Of a stretch of 64,000 nt of DNA, positions 48,480 to 59,235 are shown piece by piece. The translations under genes were made by a program, and so were the position numbers. This stretch comes from an uncultured Alphaproteobacteria bacterium. Lineage in GTDB: Bacteria; Pseudomonadota; Alphaproteobacteria; Micavibrionales; UBA2020. Below the pieces are notes generated by a model. It saw only the letters and a list, made by a program, of their open reading frames with translations. It made no database searches and was not told where the DNA came from. The stretch spans positions 151,079 through 215,078 of the forward strand of contig CBIHNF010000001.1 in NCBI GenBank assembly GCA_966211335.1, given 5' to 3'. Each line of letters opens with the position of its first letter. Position 1 is the first letter of the stretch.

Positions 48480-49642
48480 ACCAGATTGTCCGCACGGATA
48501 AGTCGATCGTCGGGCGCTGGTGGTGGTCGGTCGACCGCTGGGCTTTGGGCGCGCTGCTGGTGCTGGCGGGCCTTGGCATTGTCCTCGTCTCCGCCGCCTC
48601 GCCAGCCGTTGCGGAAGGTCACGGGCTGCCCCCGTTCTTCTTCGTCTACCGCCACCTTGCCTTCCTCGCGCCGTCCCTGCTGCTGATGTTCTCCGTCTCG
48701 ATGCTGAACCGCAAGATGCTGTGGCGCGTGGCTTCCGTCACGCTGCTCGCTTCCATGTTCCTGATGGTTGTGGCGATATTCTTCGGCATGGAGATTAAAG
48801 GCGCGACGCGCTGGGTACACTTCCTTGGCTTTTCGCTGCAGCCATCTGAATTCGCCAAGCCATGCTTCGCCATTGTTTCCGCCTGGCTGCTGACGCGCAC
48901 ACAGTATGACGAAAAATTTCCGGGCCAGCCGATTGCCTGGGGCATTTTCCTCTCCGTTATCGGTCTGTTGATGCTGCAGCCGGATTTTGGCATGTCCTTT
49001 GTCATGTCGGCGATCTGGGGCACGCAGATTTTCCTCTCTGGCCTGCCCATGCTTTTGGTGCTGGTGCTGGTGGCGGGCGGGGTGATGGCGGTGACGGGGG
49101 CGTATTTCTTCTTCCCGCACGTCGCATCGCGCATTGACCGCTTTCTTGATCCGGCATCGGGCGATAATTATCAGGTACAAAAATCGCTGGATGCGTTTTC
49201 CAACGGCGGCCTTTTTGGCACCGGACCCGCGCATGGCGTCATTAAAATGAACCTGCCGGACGCGCATGCCGACTTTATTTTTGCGGTGGCGGGGGAGGAA
49301 ATGGGGCTGCTGGCCGCTATTTTCATCGTCCTCGTCTTCTGCTTCATCCTTATCCGCAGCATCACGCGCGTGATGAACAGTGATGATCTTTTCATCGTGC
49401 TTGGCGCAGGGGGCCTCTTGATGCAGTTCACGCTGCAGAGCCTGATACATATGGGCTCATCGCTGCAGCTGCTGCCGGCCAAGGGCATGACGCTGCCGTT
49501 CATCAGCTATGGCGGTTCGTCGCTGCTGTCCCTCGGTCTCGGCATGGGCTTCCTGCTGGCCCTCACACGCAAGCGGCAACAAAATTCATCGACCACTATG
49601 TGGCGCAACTGGACGACGCAATTCGGGGAAAACAATGCCTGA
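48476..49642 (+). CDS. ftsW: Cell division peptidoglycan polymerase FtsW (SEDS family)
   Basis: This polytopic protein has LQPSEFAKP, DFGM, LPDAHADFIFAVAGEE and PAKGMTLPFISYGGSS motifs. Confidence 0.94.
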   Translation: MNQIVRTDKSIVGRWWWSVDRWALGALLVLAGLGIVLVSAASPAVAEGHGLPPFFFVYRHLAFLAPSLLLMFSVSMLNRKMLWRVASVTLLASMFLMVVAIFFGMEIKGATRWVHFLGFSLQPSEFAKPCFAIVSAWLLTRTQYDEKFPGQPIAWGIFLSVIGLLMLQPDFGMSFVMSAIWGTQIFLSGLPMLLVLVLVAGGVMAVTGAYFFFPHVASRIDRFLDPASGDNYQVQKSLDAFSNGGLFGTGPAHGVIKMNLPDAHADFIFAVAGEEMGLLAAIFIVLVFCFILIRSITRVMNSDDLFIVLGAGGLLMQFTLQSLIHMGSSLQLLPAKGMTLPFISYGGSSLLSLGLGMGFLLALTRKRQQNSSTTMWRNWTTQFGENNA

Positions 49643-50723
49643 CAACCAAAAAACCATTATCCTAGCCGCCGGCGGCACGGGCGGACACTTGTTCCCCGCA
49701 GAAGCTCTGGCCCAGGAACTACTGGAGCGCGGACATAAAGTTGTCATCTTCACCGACAAGCGCGGCAATGCGTTTAAAAGCCTTGGCGACCGCGCGACCA
49801 TTCATATTGTCAGTGCCGCAACACTTGGCGGCGGCGTCATGAAAAAATTGAAAGCTGTGGTGGATATGGGCCGCGGCGTGCTGCAGTCCTTCGGCCTGCT
49901 GCGCAAATACAAACCCGCCTTGATTGTCGGCTTTGGCGGTTATCCGTCTTTCCCCGGCGTGCTGGCGGGGCAGGTCATGCGTATCCCGACAATTTTGCAC
50001 GAGCAGAACGCTGTACTGGGCAAGGCGAACAAGGTCCTCGCCGACCATGCGGTGCAAATCGCGTTGTCGCTGCCGGACACGAAAGACATCAAGCCCGGCA
50101 ATCAGAACAAGGTGACCGTGACCGGCAACCCCGTGCGCGCCGGCATTGTCGCGGTGCGGGACAGTCTGTATGAGCCGCCGAATGGAGAAATGCGCATTTT
50201 CATCACCGGCGGCAGCCAAGCGGCGAAAGTCTTTGCGGATGTGATGCCGGGCGCGGTGCAGAAATTGTCACCCGAATTGCAAAAGAAGCTCTTCGTTGTG
50301 CACCAGTGCCGCGAGGATGCGATTGCGGAGACGGAAAAGCGCTACCGCGCGGCGAACATCCACGCCGAAGTGAAATCCTTCTTCTCCGATATGCCGGAAC
50401 GCTTAAAGACCTGCCAGCTGTTTATCGGTAGAGCTGGTGCTTCGACTGTGGCGGAGGTCGCAACCGTTGGCCGCCCGGCCATTTTCGTGCCCTACCCCGG
50501 TCATGCCGATATGCAACAAAAATATAACGCCGAGGTGCTGGAGAAAAAAGGCGCCGCCTGGATCATGCTGCAGGAACATTTCAATGCCGAAAGCGTTTCG
50601 GCGAAGCTGACCGAAATTATGCAGACGCCGGGCCTGCTGGCGAACGCCGCCGCTGCTGCCAAAAGCTGCGGCCAGCCGAATGCCGCAAAAAACCTTGCCG
50701 ACCTTGTTGAAAAGAAACTATAA
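49635..50723 (+). CDS. murG: UDP-N-acetylglucosamine--N-acetylmuramyl-(pentapeptide) pyrophosphoryl-undecaprenol N-acetylglucosamine transferase
   Basis: ILAAGGTGGHLFPAEALA, HEQNAVLGKAN and GRAGASTVAE are present. The start at MPDNQK overlaps the end of ftsW by 8 nt. Confidence 0.95.
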   Translation: MPDNQKTIILAAGGTGGHLFPAEALAQELLERGHKVVIFTDKRGNAFKSLGDRATIHIVSAATLGGGVMKKLKAVVDMGRGVLQSFGLLRKYKPALIVGFGGYPSFPGVLAGQVMRIPTILHEQNAVLGKANKVLADHAVQIALSLPDTKDIKPGNQNKVTVTGNPVRAGIVAVRDSLYEPPNGEMRIFITGGSQAAKVFADVMPGAVQKLSPELQKKLFVVHQCREDAIAETEKRYRAANIHAEVKSFFSDMPERLKTCQLFIGRAGASTVAEVATVGRPAIFVPYPGHADMQQKYNAEVLEKKGAAWIMLQEHFNAESVSAKLTEIMQTPGLLANAAAAAKSCGQPNAAKNLADLVEKKL

Positions 50724-50766
50724 CAATAATCCAATTTTTCAGGCCTATTTTTAGAAAGCGCACCTT

Positions 50767-52236
50767 ATGAAACAGACCTTCCCCTTCGCCATCGGCACGC
50801 TGCATATCATCGGCATCGGCGGTATCGGCATGAGCGGCTATGCGGAAGTGCTGCATAACTTAGGGTATAAGGTGCAGGGCTCCGATCAGGCGGAAAACGC
50901 GAATGTGGTGCGCCTGCGCTCCCTCGGCATCCGCGTGCTGCTCGGCCATTCGTCGGAGAATATTATCGACGACAAGGGCGTGCCTTGCGCCGTCGTTGTG
51001 AAATCAACGGCGGTGAAGGACACCAACCCCGAAATCGTAGCGGCGGTGGAGCAGCATATTCCCGTCATTCCGCGCGTGACGCTTTTGTCGGAACTCATGA
51101 AGTCGAAATGGTGCATCAACATTTCCGGCACGCACGGCAAGACGACGACGACGTCCATGATCGGCACCGTGCTGGAAAAATCCGGCCTCGACCCGACCGT
51201 GATTAACGGCGGCATCATCAACGCCTATGGCACCAACACGCGCATGGGCTCCAGCAACTGGATGGTTGTGGAGTCGGATGAAAGCGACGGCACCTTCGCA
51301 CATCTGCCTTCCGTCGCGTCCATCATCACCAACATCGACCCCGAGCATCTGGATTATTTCGGCACCTTCGAGAAGGTCAAAGAAGCCTACGTCAATTACG
51401 CGCAGAACCTGCCGTTCTACGGCATTGTCGTTGCCTGCATTGACCATCCGGTAGTGGCGGAGCTGATTCCGCAATTCCGCCGCCGTGTGATTTCATACGG
51501 CTTTTCGGATGCAGCCGATATTCAGGCCTTCAACGTGCAGACGACGCCGGACGGGCTTACCTATGACATCCGCTTCAACGACCCGCGCCTCTCGACCTAC
51601 CCAAAAGAGATCAAGGGCGTGAAGCTGCCGATGTTCGGGCCGCATAACGTGCTGAACTCCCTCACCTCCTTCGCGGTCGGGCACCATATTGGCATTCCGT
51701 ATGAAAAAATCGTCGAGGCACTATCCAAATTCTCCGGCGTCAAGCGCCGCTTCTCCACCACGGGCATCGTCAATAACATCACGGTGATTGACGATTACGG
51801 CCATCACCCCGTTGAGATCGCCGCCGTGCTGAAAGCGGGCCGCGATGCGATTTCCGGCCGCGGCACGGGGCGCGTGATTGCCATCATGCAGCCGCACCGC
51901 TATTCGCGCCTGTCGTCGCTGTTTGACCAGTTCTGCAACTGCTTCACGCTGGCCGATGAAGTGATTATCGCCGAAGTCTATGCCGCCGGCGAGGAGCCGA
52001 TTGCGGGCGTCAACAAAGATGCGCTCGCCAGCTGCGTGCGCAAATCCGGCAAGGATAAAGTCCATGCCCTGCAAAAGCCGGAAGACTTGGCGCCGCTCAT
52101 CGCCTCTATCGCCAAGCCCGGTGATTTCGTCATCTGCCTTGGCGCTGGCACCATTACGCAATGGGCGCATGCGCTGCCGCGCCAGCTGGAAGAATTGTTC
52201 GGCACCGCGCCGAAAGCGGCGAACGGCCATCATTAA
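50767..52236 (+). CDS. murC: UDP-N-acetylmuramate--L-alanine ligase
   Basis: HIIGIGGIGMSGYAEVL, ISGTHGKTTTTSM and DDYGHHPVEI are present. Confidence 0.96.
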   Translation: MKQTFPFAIGTLHIIGIGGIGMSGYAEVLHNLGYKVQGSDQAENANVVRLRSLGIRVLLGHSSENIIDDKGVPCAVVVKSTAVKDTNPEIVAAVEQHIPVIPRVTLLSELMKSKWCINISGTHGKTTTTSMIGTVLEKSGLDPTVINGGIINAYGTNTRMGSSNWMVVESDESDGTFAHLPSVASIITNIDPEHLDYFGTFEKVKEAYVNYAQNLPFYGIVVACIDHPVVAELIPQFRRRVISYGFSDAADIQAFNVQTTPDGLTYDIRFNDPRLSTYPKEIKGVKLPMFGPHNVLNSLTSFAVGHHIGIPYEKIVEALSKFSGVKRRFSTTGIVNNITVIDDYGHHPVEIAAVLKAGRDAISGRGTGRVIAIMQPHRYSRLSSLFDQFCNCFTLADEVIIAEVYAAGEEPIAGVNKDALASCVRKSGKDKVHALQKPEDLAPLIASIAKPGDFVICLGAGTITQWAHALPRQLEELFGTAPKAANGHH

Positions 52237-53237
52237 TGACGCCTTTCATGACCAAGCCGCCGCTGCCGCATAAATTCGCCAAAGGCCTGCTGGAGAAGCT
52301 GCCGAAGGTGCGCGGCCGCGTGACGGAAAACGCAGCCTTGGGCCATATGACATGGTTCGGCGTCGGCGGCCCTGCGGAAATTCTGTTCAAGCCGGACGAC
52401 AAGGAAGACCTTATCAACTTCGTCGCGCATTGCCCGAAGGATGTGCCGATCACGCTGCTGGGTGTTGCCTCCAACCTTATCATCCGCGATGGCGGCATTC
52501 CCGGTGTTGTGATCCGCCTCGGCCGCGAATTTGCGAATATTGATGCCTTTGGCGAAAGCGTGACCGCGGGTGCGGGCGCGCTCGACATGAACGTCGCGCT
52601 GATGGCGGCAAAGCACGGTATTGCGGGGCTCGAATTCCTGTCGGGCATTCCCGGCACGATTGGCGGGGCGCTGCGCATGAACGCCGGTGCCTATGGCGGC
52701 GAAACCAAGGACGCGCTGGTGACGGCGGAAGTCCTGTTCCGCGACGGCAATGTGAAAGATATGACGGCCACAGACATGGGCCTCAGCTACCGGCATAACG
52801 CGCTGCCGAATGATGTGATTTTTATCGGCGCGACCTTCCGCGGCACCCCCGGCGACAAGGCCGAGATTGAAGCGCGCATGGATGACATTAAAAAGAAGCG
52901 CAGCGAAAGCCAGCCCATCCGCACCAAAACCGGCGGCTCCACCTTCGCCAACCCGGAAGGCGATGCGCGCGCCTGGCAGCTGATTGACCAGGCCGGCTGC
53001 CGCGGTTTCCGCATTGGCGATGCCGAGATTTCACCGCTGCACTGCAACTTCATGATCAACACCGGCAATGCCAGCGCCGCGGATATCGAGCGGCTTGGTG
53101 AAGAGGTACGGAAACGCGTGTTTGAAAAATCGGGCGTCACCTTGCGCTGGGAAATCAAGCGCATCGGCGTGCCGCTGGAAAAAGACGCCGATATCGCGGC
53201 ATTTATGTCGGCAGCTTCAGGTCAGCCCAGTCATTAA
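52236..53237 (+). CDS. murB: UDP-N-acetylenolpyruvoylglucosamine reductase
   Basis: TWFGVGGPAE, LGVASNLIIRD, GIPGTIGGALRMNAGAYG and GSTFANP are present. The start ATG overlaps the murC TAA (TAATG). Confidence 0.94.
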   Translation: MTPFMTKPPLPHKFAKGLLEKLPKVRGRVTENAALGHMTWFGVGGPAEILFKPDDKEDLINFVAHCPKDVPITLLGVASNLIIRDGGIPGVVIRLGREFANIDAFGESVTAGAGALDMNVALMAAKHGIAGLEFLSGIPGTIGGALRMNAGAYGGETKDALVTAEVLFRDGNVKDMTATDMGLSYRHNALPNDVIFIGATFRGTPGDKAEIEARMDDIKKKRSESQPIRTKTGGSTFANPEGDARAWQLIDQAGCRGFRIGDAEISPLHCNFMINTGNASAADIERLGEEVRKRVFEKSGVTLRWEIKRIGVPLEKDADIAAFMSAASGQPSH

Positions 53238-53895
53238 AATGTCCTGCACAGCCCAGCGCCATCAATTCCGCGCCACTGTTTTTATCTGCATGAAAGCCTG
53301 TATAGGCGTAAACCCTTAAACCTGTTGCCAGCGCCGCCTTGATGCCGGTCGGGCTATCCTCGATCGCGAAAGAATGTTTCGGGTCGGCATCCAGCTGCTC
53401 CATGGCGCGCAGGTACACATCCGGCCGGGGTTTCTGGATGTCGCCGGCCTCGAACCAGTTGGTGCCGAAAATCGCCGCAAGCTCCGCGCCGCGGCCGTTA
53501 TCGGCATAGCGCAGGGCCGCCATGGCGCGCTCGACGGGGTTGTTGGAGACGAAAGCCAGTGTAGCACCGCCCGATTTCAAGGCCGTCAGCGTCTCGATCA
53601 CATTCGGCGCCATGGGGATGCCGCCCGGCACGTTTTTTAAATGGCGCATCATAAAAGCTTCGCGTTCCGCATAAAGCGTCGCGTAATCGACCTCGATGCC
53701 GAAATGGACGCCGAGATTACGGCTTAAAGTTTCGCGGCCCTGCCCGTGGAAGTGCTTTTTAAAGGTATCCAGCGTCAAAGGCGCGTTAATACTTGCGCCG
53801 TAGAGCGCATTGAAGCGGTCAATCAGCGGCGGCAGGGCGAATTGTTCGGTCGCCATCAAAGTATTGTCGAAGTCGACGAAAAGAAATGTTTTCAT
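53203..53895 (-). CDS. HAD-superfamily hydrolase (beta-phosphoglucomutase-like subfamily)
   Basis: MKTFLFVDFDNTLM is HAD motif I, FVSNN is motif II-like and IEDSPTGIKAA is motif IV. It lies on the opposite strand inside the dcw cluster, and its 3' end overlaps the murB 3' end by 35 nt. Confidence 0.8.
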   Translation of the reverse strand: MKTFLFVDFDNTLMATEQFALPPLIDRFNALYGASINAPLTLDTFKKHFHGQGRETLSRNLGVHFGIEVDYATLYAEREAFMMRHLKNVPGGIPMAPNVIETLTALKSGGATLAFVSNNPVERAMAALRYADNGRGAELAAIFGTNWFEAGDIQKPRPDVYLRAMEQLDADPKHSFAIEDSPTGIKAALATGLRVYAYTGFHADKNSGAELMALGCAGHFNDWADLKLPT

Positions 53896-53940
53896 TTTTC
53901 CGAAGTTTGCTATTTTAGAAGACAGGGGACTATAGCTGCT

Positions 53941-54912
53941 ATGACTGCACAAACCGAAAAAATGGTACCACAGGGCCGTAAAACAGTCGCCGTGCTTATG
54001 GGCGGCTGGTCGACGGAACGCGATGTTTCGCTGTCATCCGGCGCGGCCTGCGCACGTGCGTTGCGCGAAAAAGGCTATACGGTGCGCGAAATTGACGTCC
54101 AGCGCGACCTTTCCAAGCTGTTGCAGCAGCTGGAGCCCCGCCCCGATGTGGTTTTCAACGCCCTGCACGGGCGCGGCGGTGAAGACGGCGCCATTCAGGG
54201 CGTCCTTGAAATCCTTGATATTCCTTATACCCATTCCGACCCCCTCGCCTCCGCCCTTGCCATGAACAAGCAAAAGGCGAAGGAAGTGCTGAAGCCCATG
54301 GGCGTGCCCTGCCCCGACGGCGCACTGGTGAAGATTGACGAAATTCAAAAGGGCTATGAGCCCTTCAAGCCGCCCTATGTGGTGAAGCCGAATAACGAAG
54401 GCTCCTCCGTCGGCGTATATATTGTGCGCGCGGGCGACAACAAGCCGCCACTCGGGCTCGACAAATGGTCCTATGGTCCGTATGCGCTGGTTGAAAAATA
54501 CATTCCGGGCCGCGAACTTTCCGTCGCCGTGATGGGATCGAAGACGCAAAAAGCCAAAGCGCTGACAGTTACGGAAATCAAGACCGCGCTCGACTTTTAC
54601 AACTACGAAGCGAAGTACGCCAATGGCGGTTCGGTACATGTTTTACCGGCTCCGATTGCGCCCGACGTGTTTGCGGAAGCGATGCGCATTGCCGCTTTCG
54701 CGCATGAGAAACTGGGCTGCACCGGTGTCAGCCGCACGGATTTCAGGTACAATGATAATGAACCAGGTGTTTCGGGTCTTTTCTACCTCGAAACGAATAC
54801 GCAGCCCGGCATGACGCCGACGTCGCTGGTTCCGGAACAGGCTGCGCATATGGGGATGACTTTTGGGGACCTTGTGGAATGGCTCGTCGAAAACGCGGCG
54901 GTCCATACATAA
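53941..54912 (+). CDS. ddl: D-alanine--D-alanine ligase
   Basis: VAVLMGGWSTERDVSLSSG, FNALHGRGGEDGAIQG, VVKPNNEGSSVG and LETNTQPGMT are present. The start is at the ATG at 53941; the listed 53746 start overlaps the HAD gene. Confidence 0.95.
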   Translation: MTAQTEKMVPQGRKTVAVLMGGWSTERDVSLSSGAACARALREKGYTVREIDVQRDLSKLLQQLEPRPDVVFNALHGRGGEDGAIQGVLEILDIPYTHSDPLASALAMNKQKAKEVLKPMGVPCPDGALVKIDEIQKGYEPFKPPYVVKPNNEGSSVGVYIVRAGDNKPPLGLDKWSYGPYALVEKYIPGRELSVAVMGSKTQKAKALTVTEIKTALDFYNYEAKYANGGSVHVLPAPIAPDVFAEAMRIAAFAHEKLGCTGVSRTDFRYNDNEPGVSGLFYLETNTQPGMTPTSLVPEQAAHMGMTFGDLVEWLVENAAVHT

Positions 54913-54938
54913 GGCGATACTTGGGGACTAACACAGTG

Positions 54939-55766
54939 ATGAAGTTCTTTGGCAAACGCGGGCCTAACCTCTCGCGCAGGGGCATGCGGCTTTTTGTGCT
55001 CCGTTTCAAGACGGCGGGCATTGCCCTCGGCTTGATTTTGCTCGCCTCGGGCTCCGGCCTTTATGGGTGGCGCACGGGCTCCTTCGCCCGCGCCGGCGAC
55101 TATATTTCGGCAAAAACCCTTAAAATCACGGCCTCTGCAGGTTTTCGCGTCAAAGACATCCTTGTCACGGGGCGCGACCATATTGAAGCGAATGACCTGC
55201 TCTCGCACCTGAACGTCGCGCATAACGCGCCGATTTTCGGCATTGATATCGCCTTTGCGCAAAAATCCATCGCCTCCATCCCTTGGGTGCAGGATGTGAC
55301 CGTGACGCGCCGTCTGCCGGATAAAATTGTCGTGCAGATCACCGAGCGCGACCCCGTCGCCCTCTGGCAGTACCAGAAGAAGCTGTCGCTGATTGATGAA
55401 ACCGGCCGCGTACTGACCAGCCGCGGTTTGGAAGCGTACCAGAGCCTGCCGCTTGTAGTGGGCGAGGACGCGCCGGAACATATCAAGGAACTGCTGGGTT
55501 TGCTGAAAGCCGAGCCGGAAGTGGCCGACGAGCTGCAGAGCGCGGCACGCATCGGCGGCCGCCGCTGGGACCTGCATCTGAAGAGCGACATGACCGTGAA
55601 ACTGCCGGAAGAAGACGTTGAACTGGCCCTGCGTCAGCTTGTCGCCATGGCGGAAAACGACCATTTACTGGAGAAAAACATCAAGAATATCGATCTCCGC
55701 ATCCCCGACCAGATGGTCGTGGAACCGGTGCAGACGACCGAAACCGACCAAAAAAAAACTATTTAA
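54939..55766 (+). CDS. ftsQ: Cell division protein FtsQ
   Basis: An N-terminal TM helix (IALGLILLASG) is followed by a POTRA region (ITASAGFRVKDILVTGRDHIEANDL) and ...WVQDVTVTRRLPDKIVVQITERDP. It is in dcw position. Confidence 0.9.
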   Translation: MKFFGKRGPNLSRRGMRLFVLRFKTAGIALGLILLASGSGLYGWRTGSFARAGDYISAKTLKITASAGFRVKDILVTGRDHIEANDLLSHLNVAHNAPIFGIDIAFAQKSIASIPWVQDVTVTRRLPDKIVVQITERDPVALWQYQKKLSLIDETGRVLTSRGLEAYQSLPLVVGEDAPEHIKELLGLLKAEPEVADELQSAARIGGRRWDLHLKSDMTVKLPEEDVELALRQLVAMAENDHLLEKNIKNIDLRIPDQMVVEPVQTTETDQKKTI

Positions 55767-55786
55767 AAAATTGAACCGATAAACTT

Positions 55787-57169
55787 TTGAAGCGGAGACA
55801 CATGATGAAAAAGGACAACGAGCTCAAAGCGGAGCCGAAGGCACAAGGGATTCAGCGGCCGAAGCCGAAACACCCGGTTGCAAAGCAGAAGCAGGAAAAC
55901 CTCTTCGGCAAGAACATTATCGCCGCGCTTGATATCGGCTCCTCCAAGGTCGTGTGCTTTATCGCGGAAATCAAAAGCCACGGCACGATTGAAGTCATCG
56001 GCATCGGCCATCAGGCCTCCAAAGGCGTCAAGGCCGGCAGCATCATCGATTTGAAAGCGGCGGAAACCGCCGTCGCCCATGCCGTGGAAGCGGCAGAGCT
56101 GATGGCCAAAGATCGTCTGCAGGGCCAGCCCATCCGCTCCGTCTTCGTCAACGTGCCGGGATCGCACACCCTCTCGCACCGCCTTGGCATCAACGTGAAA
56201 ATTTCCGGCCATGAAGTGTCGGAGCGCGATTTGCGCAATGCGCTTGGCCAAAGCCGCAACGTCGTGGTGCCGGGCCGTGATGAACTCATCCACATCATCG
56301 CCTCCACCTATACCATCGACAAGCAGCGCGGGATTTTAGAACCGCGCGGCATGGTGGGGCAAAACCTTGAAGTCACAATTTCACCGGTGACAGCGTTGTC
56401 GTCGGCGACGCGCAACATCTCCTCCGTCGTGCACCAGAACAACCTGGAAGTCGAAGGATATTGCGCAAATCCTTATGCCGCAGGGCTTGCGGCGCTGGTG
56501 GATGATGAAAAGGAACTCGGCTGCACCGTCGTCGATATGGGCGGCGGCACGACGAGCATCGGCGTCTTCATGGAAGGCAAACTGATTTACACCTCCGCCG
56601 TGCCCGTCGGCGGCCAGCATGTGACGAGCGATGTCGCACGCGGGCTTGTGACCAGCATCAGCGATGCGGAGCGCATCAAAACTTTGTACGGCTCCGCCCA
56701 TGCAACGGGCATGGATGACGGCGCGATGATTGACGTGCCACCGATTGGCGAGGAAGAACATTCGCAGCCGAATTACGTTGCGAAATCGCTGCTCGTCGGC
56801 ATTATCCAGCCGCGCATTGAGGAAACATTTGAATTGGTGCGCGCGAAGCTGATTGATAGCGGCATTGATAAAATGGCGGGACGCCGCGTTGTCCTCACCG
56901 GCGGCGCATCGCAATTGCCGGGGCTTTGCGATATCGGACAGCTTATTCTCGACCGTCAAATTCGCCTGGGCCGTCCGCAGAAAATCAAAGGCCTTGCAGA
57001 TTCAACCAGCGGCCCTGCGTTTTCTGCCTGCGCGGGTCTCTTGCATTACGGCGCGGAGCACGCGGAAGAAATTCCGCGCCTGCCGCAAAACTACGCGTTC
57101 CAGTTGCCGGTCAACTTCAACGGCAATCTTTTGCAAAAGGTCACAACTTGGTTGAAGGAGAACTGGTAA
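55787..57169 (+). CDS. ftsA: Cell division protein FtsA
   Basis: IAALDIGSSKVVCFIAE, VVDMGGGTTSIGVF and VLTGGASQLPGL are actin-fold motifs. The exact start among the N-terminal Met codons is uncertain. Confidence 0.94.
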   Translation: MKRRHMMKKDNELKAEPKAQGIQRPKPKHPVAKQKQENLFGKNIIAALDIGSSKVVCFIAEIKSHGTIEVIGIGHQASKGVKAGSIIDLKAAETAVAHAVEAAELMAKDRLQGQPIRSVFVNVPGSHTLSHRLGINVKISGHEVSERDLRNALGQSRNVVVPGRDELIHIIASTYTIDKQRGILEPRGMVGQNLEVTISPVTALSSATRNISSVVHQNNLEVEGYCANPYAAGLAALVDDEKELGCTVVDMGGGTTSIGVFMEGKLIYTSAVPVGGQHVTSDVARGLVTSISDAERIKTLYGSAHATGMDDGAMIDVPPIGEEEHSQPNYVAKSLLVGIIQPRIEETFELVRAKLIDSGIDKMAGRRVVLTGGASQLPGLCDIGQLILDRQIRLGRPQKIKGLADSTSGPAFSACAGLLHYGAEHAEEIPRLPQNYAFQLPVNFNGNLLQKVTTWLKENW

Positions 57170-57345
57170 CGGACTCAATACGTTCGACATTCGGATAAGG
57201 CTGCCCTTTCTTTGAGTCTATTCGCTCAGGATTAGGGGAATTAGAGTTCAAAAAAAATTGCAAAATCAATGCAGAATGACTCTGGAAAGCTTGATTCGTT
57301 TTAATATAGAATCATCCAATCATCGAAGCGGGAGAAATAAAAACA

Positions 57346-59154
57346 ATGGCTATCAACATCAGAATGCAAACACAGACGAATAGACTGAAACCGAAGATCG
57401 CCGTTATCGGCGTCGGCGGCGCGGGCGGCAATGCCGTCAACAACATGATTCATTCCGGCCTTGAAGGCTGCGAGTTCCTGGTGTGCAACACCGACGCGCA
57501 AGCGCTTGAAGGCAATTCATCGCCCCATAAAATCCAGCTCGGCGTGAATGTCACGCGCGGTCTTGGCGCTGGCGCGAACCCTGAAATCGGCAGAGCTGCT
57601 GCGGAAGAAAGCATCGACGAAATTCTTGCCTACCTTGAAGGCGCGAACATGGTGTTCGTGACCTGCGGTATGGGCGGCGGCACCGGTACCGGCGCTGCTC
57701 CCGTTATCGCGCAAGCGGCACGCGAAGCCGGCATCCTCACCGTCGGCGTTATCACCAAGCCCTTCAGCTTTGAAGGCACCCACCGCATGAAACTTGCAGA
57801 CAACGGCATCGCCGAGCTGCAAAAACATGTCGATACCCTCATCGTCATCCCCAACCAGAACTTGTTCCGCATCGCGAACGAGAAAACCACGTTTGCCGAC
57901 GCGTTCAAGATGGCGGATGAAGTGCTGCAGGCCGGCGTCCGCGGCGTGACCGACCTCATGGTCATGCCGGGCCACATCAACCTCGACTTTGCCGATATCC
58001 GCGCCGTCATGGCCGAAATGGGCAAAGCGATGATGGGCACGGGCGAAGCCGAAGGCGAACGCCGCGCGGTGGAAGCTGCCGAGAAAGCAATCTCCAACCC
58101 GCTGCTCGACGATGTGTCGCTGAAAGGCGCCAAGGGCGTCCTCATCAACATCATGGGCGGCCTTGATATCACCCTGTTTGAAGTTGACGAAGCCGCCAAC
58201 CGCATCCGCGAGGAAGTGGACGCTGACGCCAACATCATCTTCGGCTCGACCTTCGATCCGACGCTGCAGGGCAAGATCCGCGTATCGGTCGTGGCCACCG
58301 GCATCGACGTGTCGAACGCCGCTGCCCGTCCGCTGCATCTTTCCAACCAGATCGTTGAACCCGCGCGCGGCCGCAACCAGCCGAACCGCACGGGCTATGC
58401 ATCCTCCGCCACCCCCGGCTATACCTCCTACGAACGTCCGGCCGCTGCGCCGGTCCGCGCGGCGGATGGCTACGGCATGGGCGGCATTCCGGCTTCCATC
58501 CTGCCGGCGCAAGCATCGCGCCAGCAGGGCGTGACCGCCGGCACCACCTACCAGCCGGCAGCCGCACGCACCACAGCACCGCCCGTGACCGCCGCAGCCC
58601 CTGCTGCAGCAACCGCAGGTGATGGCTGGGAGCGTTCGCCCGAGCCGCAAATGACCGCAGGCCATGCGTCCTCGACGACCTATGCAACCGGTGGCGCCGC
58701 CACCGCGCGCAAGCTCGACAACGATGACATGGACGAGGCGCAGACCTTTACCCGCCCCTCGACCCCGCCTGTCACGCAAAACTACCCGCAGCGCAACGTC
58801 GCGGCGCCGGCCACCACGGGCCAGCAGCCGCGCGCCGAGCGCCATGGCGGCAGCTTCATTCCGCCGAAGCCGGTGGATCCCCGCCACGCTGGTGCCGCCG
58901 CACCCGCAGGTTCCGACCTGTTCGCTGGCGAACAGCTGGCGGCGCCGAAAGCGGAAGTTGCTGCTGAAAAACAGGTGAAGAAGACCCCGTCCCTGTTCGA
59001 ACGTTTTACTCTCCAGCGCGAGAAGGAGGTTACGGCTCCTGCTCAAGCTGCGCCGCGGATGGAAGTTTCTCCGAAACTCACCGTCGAAGACGGCGGCAAG
59101 CAGGCGGAAGACGAGCTGGATATTCCGGCTTTCCTCCGCCGCCAGGCAAACTAA
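57346..59154 (+). CDS. ftsZ: Cell division GTPase FtsZ with a long disordered C-terminal linker
   Basis: The tubulin signature [11 protein letters not shown] is present, with [17 protein letters not shown] and NLDFADI. The C-terminal conserved peptide is [15 protein letters not shown] Pro/Ala-rich linker of about 250 aa separates it from the core. Confidence 0.97.
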   Translation: MAINIRMQTQTNRLKPKIAVIGVGGAGGNAVNNMIHSGLEGCEFLVCNTDAQALEGNSSPHKIQLGVNVTRGLGAGANPEIGRAAAEESIDEILAYLEGANMVFVTCGMGGGTGTGAAPVIAQAAREAGILTVGVITKPFSFEGTHRMKLADNGIAELQKHVDTLIVIPNQNLFRIANEKTTFADAFKMADEVLQAGVRGVTDLMVMPGHINLDFADIRAVMAEMGKAMMGTGEAEGERRAVEAAEKAISNPLLDDVSLKGAKGVLINIMGGLDITLFEVDEAANRIREEVDADANIIFGSTFDPTLQGKIRVSVVATGIDVSNAAARPLHLSNQIVEPARGRNQPNRTGYASSATPGYTSYERPAAAPVRAADGYGMGGIPASILPAQASRQQGVTAGTTYQPAAARTTAPPVTAAAPAAATAGDGWERSPEPQMTAGHASSTTYATGGAATARKLDNDDMDEAQTFTRPSTPPVTQNYPQRNVAAPATTGQQPRAERHGGSFIPPKPVDPRHAGAAAPAGSDLFAGEQLAAPKAEVAAEKQVKKTPSLFERFTLQREKEVTAPAQAAPRMEVSPKLTVEDGGKQAEDELDIPAFLRRQAN

Positions 59155-59182
59155 CGCCTCAACGCTTCGCGATGATAAAAAA

Positions 59183-59208
59183 CCCCGGGAGCGATCCCGG
59201 GGTTTTTT
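59183..59208. terminator. Rho-independent terminator, bidirectional
   Basis: CCCCGGGA-gcga-TCCCGGGG is flanked by an A-run upstream and a T-run downstream. It lies between the convergent ftsZ and the small minus-strand ORF. Confidence 0.8.
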
Positions 59209-59235
59209 CTTTGTCGTGTTGTCAGGGCCGAATAA

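Noticed and set aside
57517-59046. A 509-aa minus-strand ORF and a 253-aa minus-strand ORF overlapping ftsZ.
   Set aside because: They are antisense to ftsZ, which has the tubulin signature GGGTGTG and the C-terminal DIPAFLRRQ peptide. They are shadow frames.
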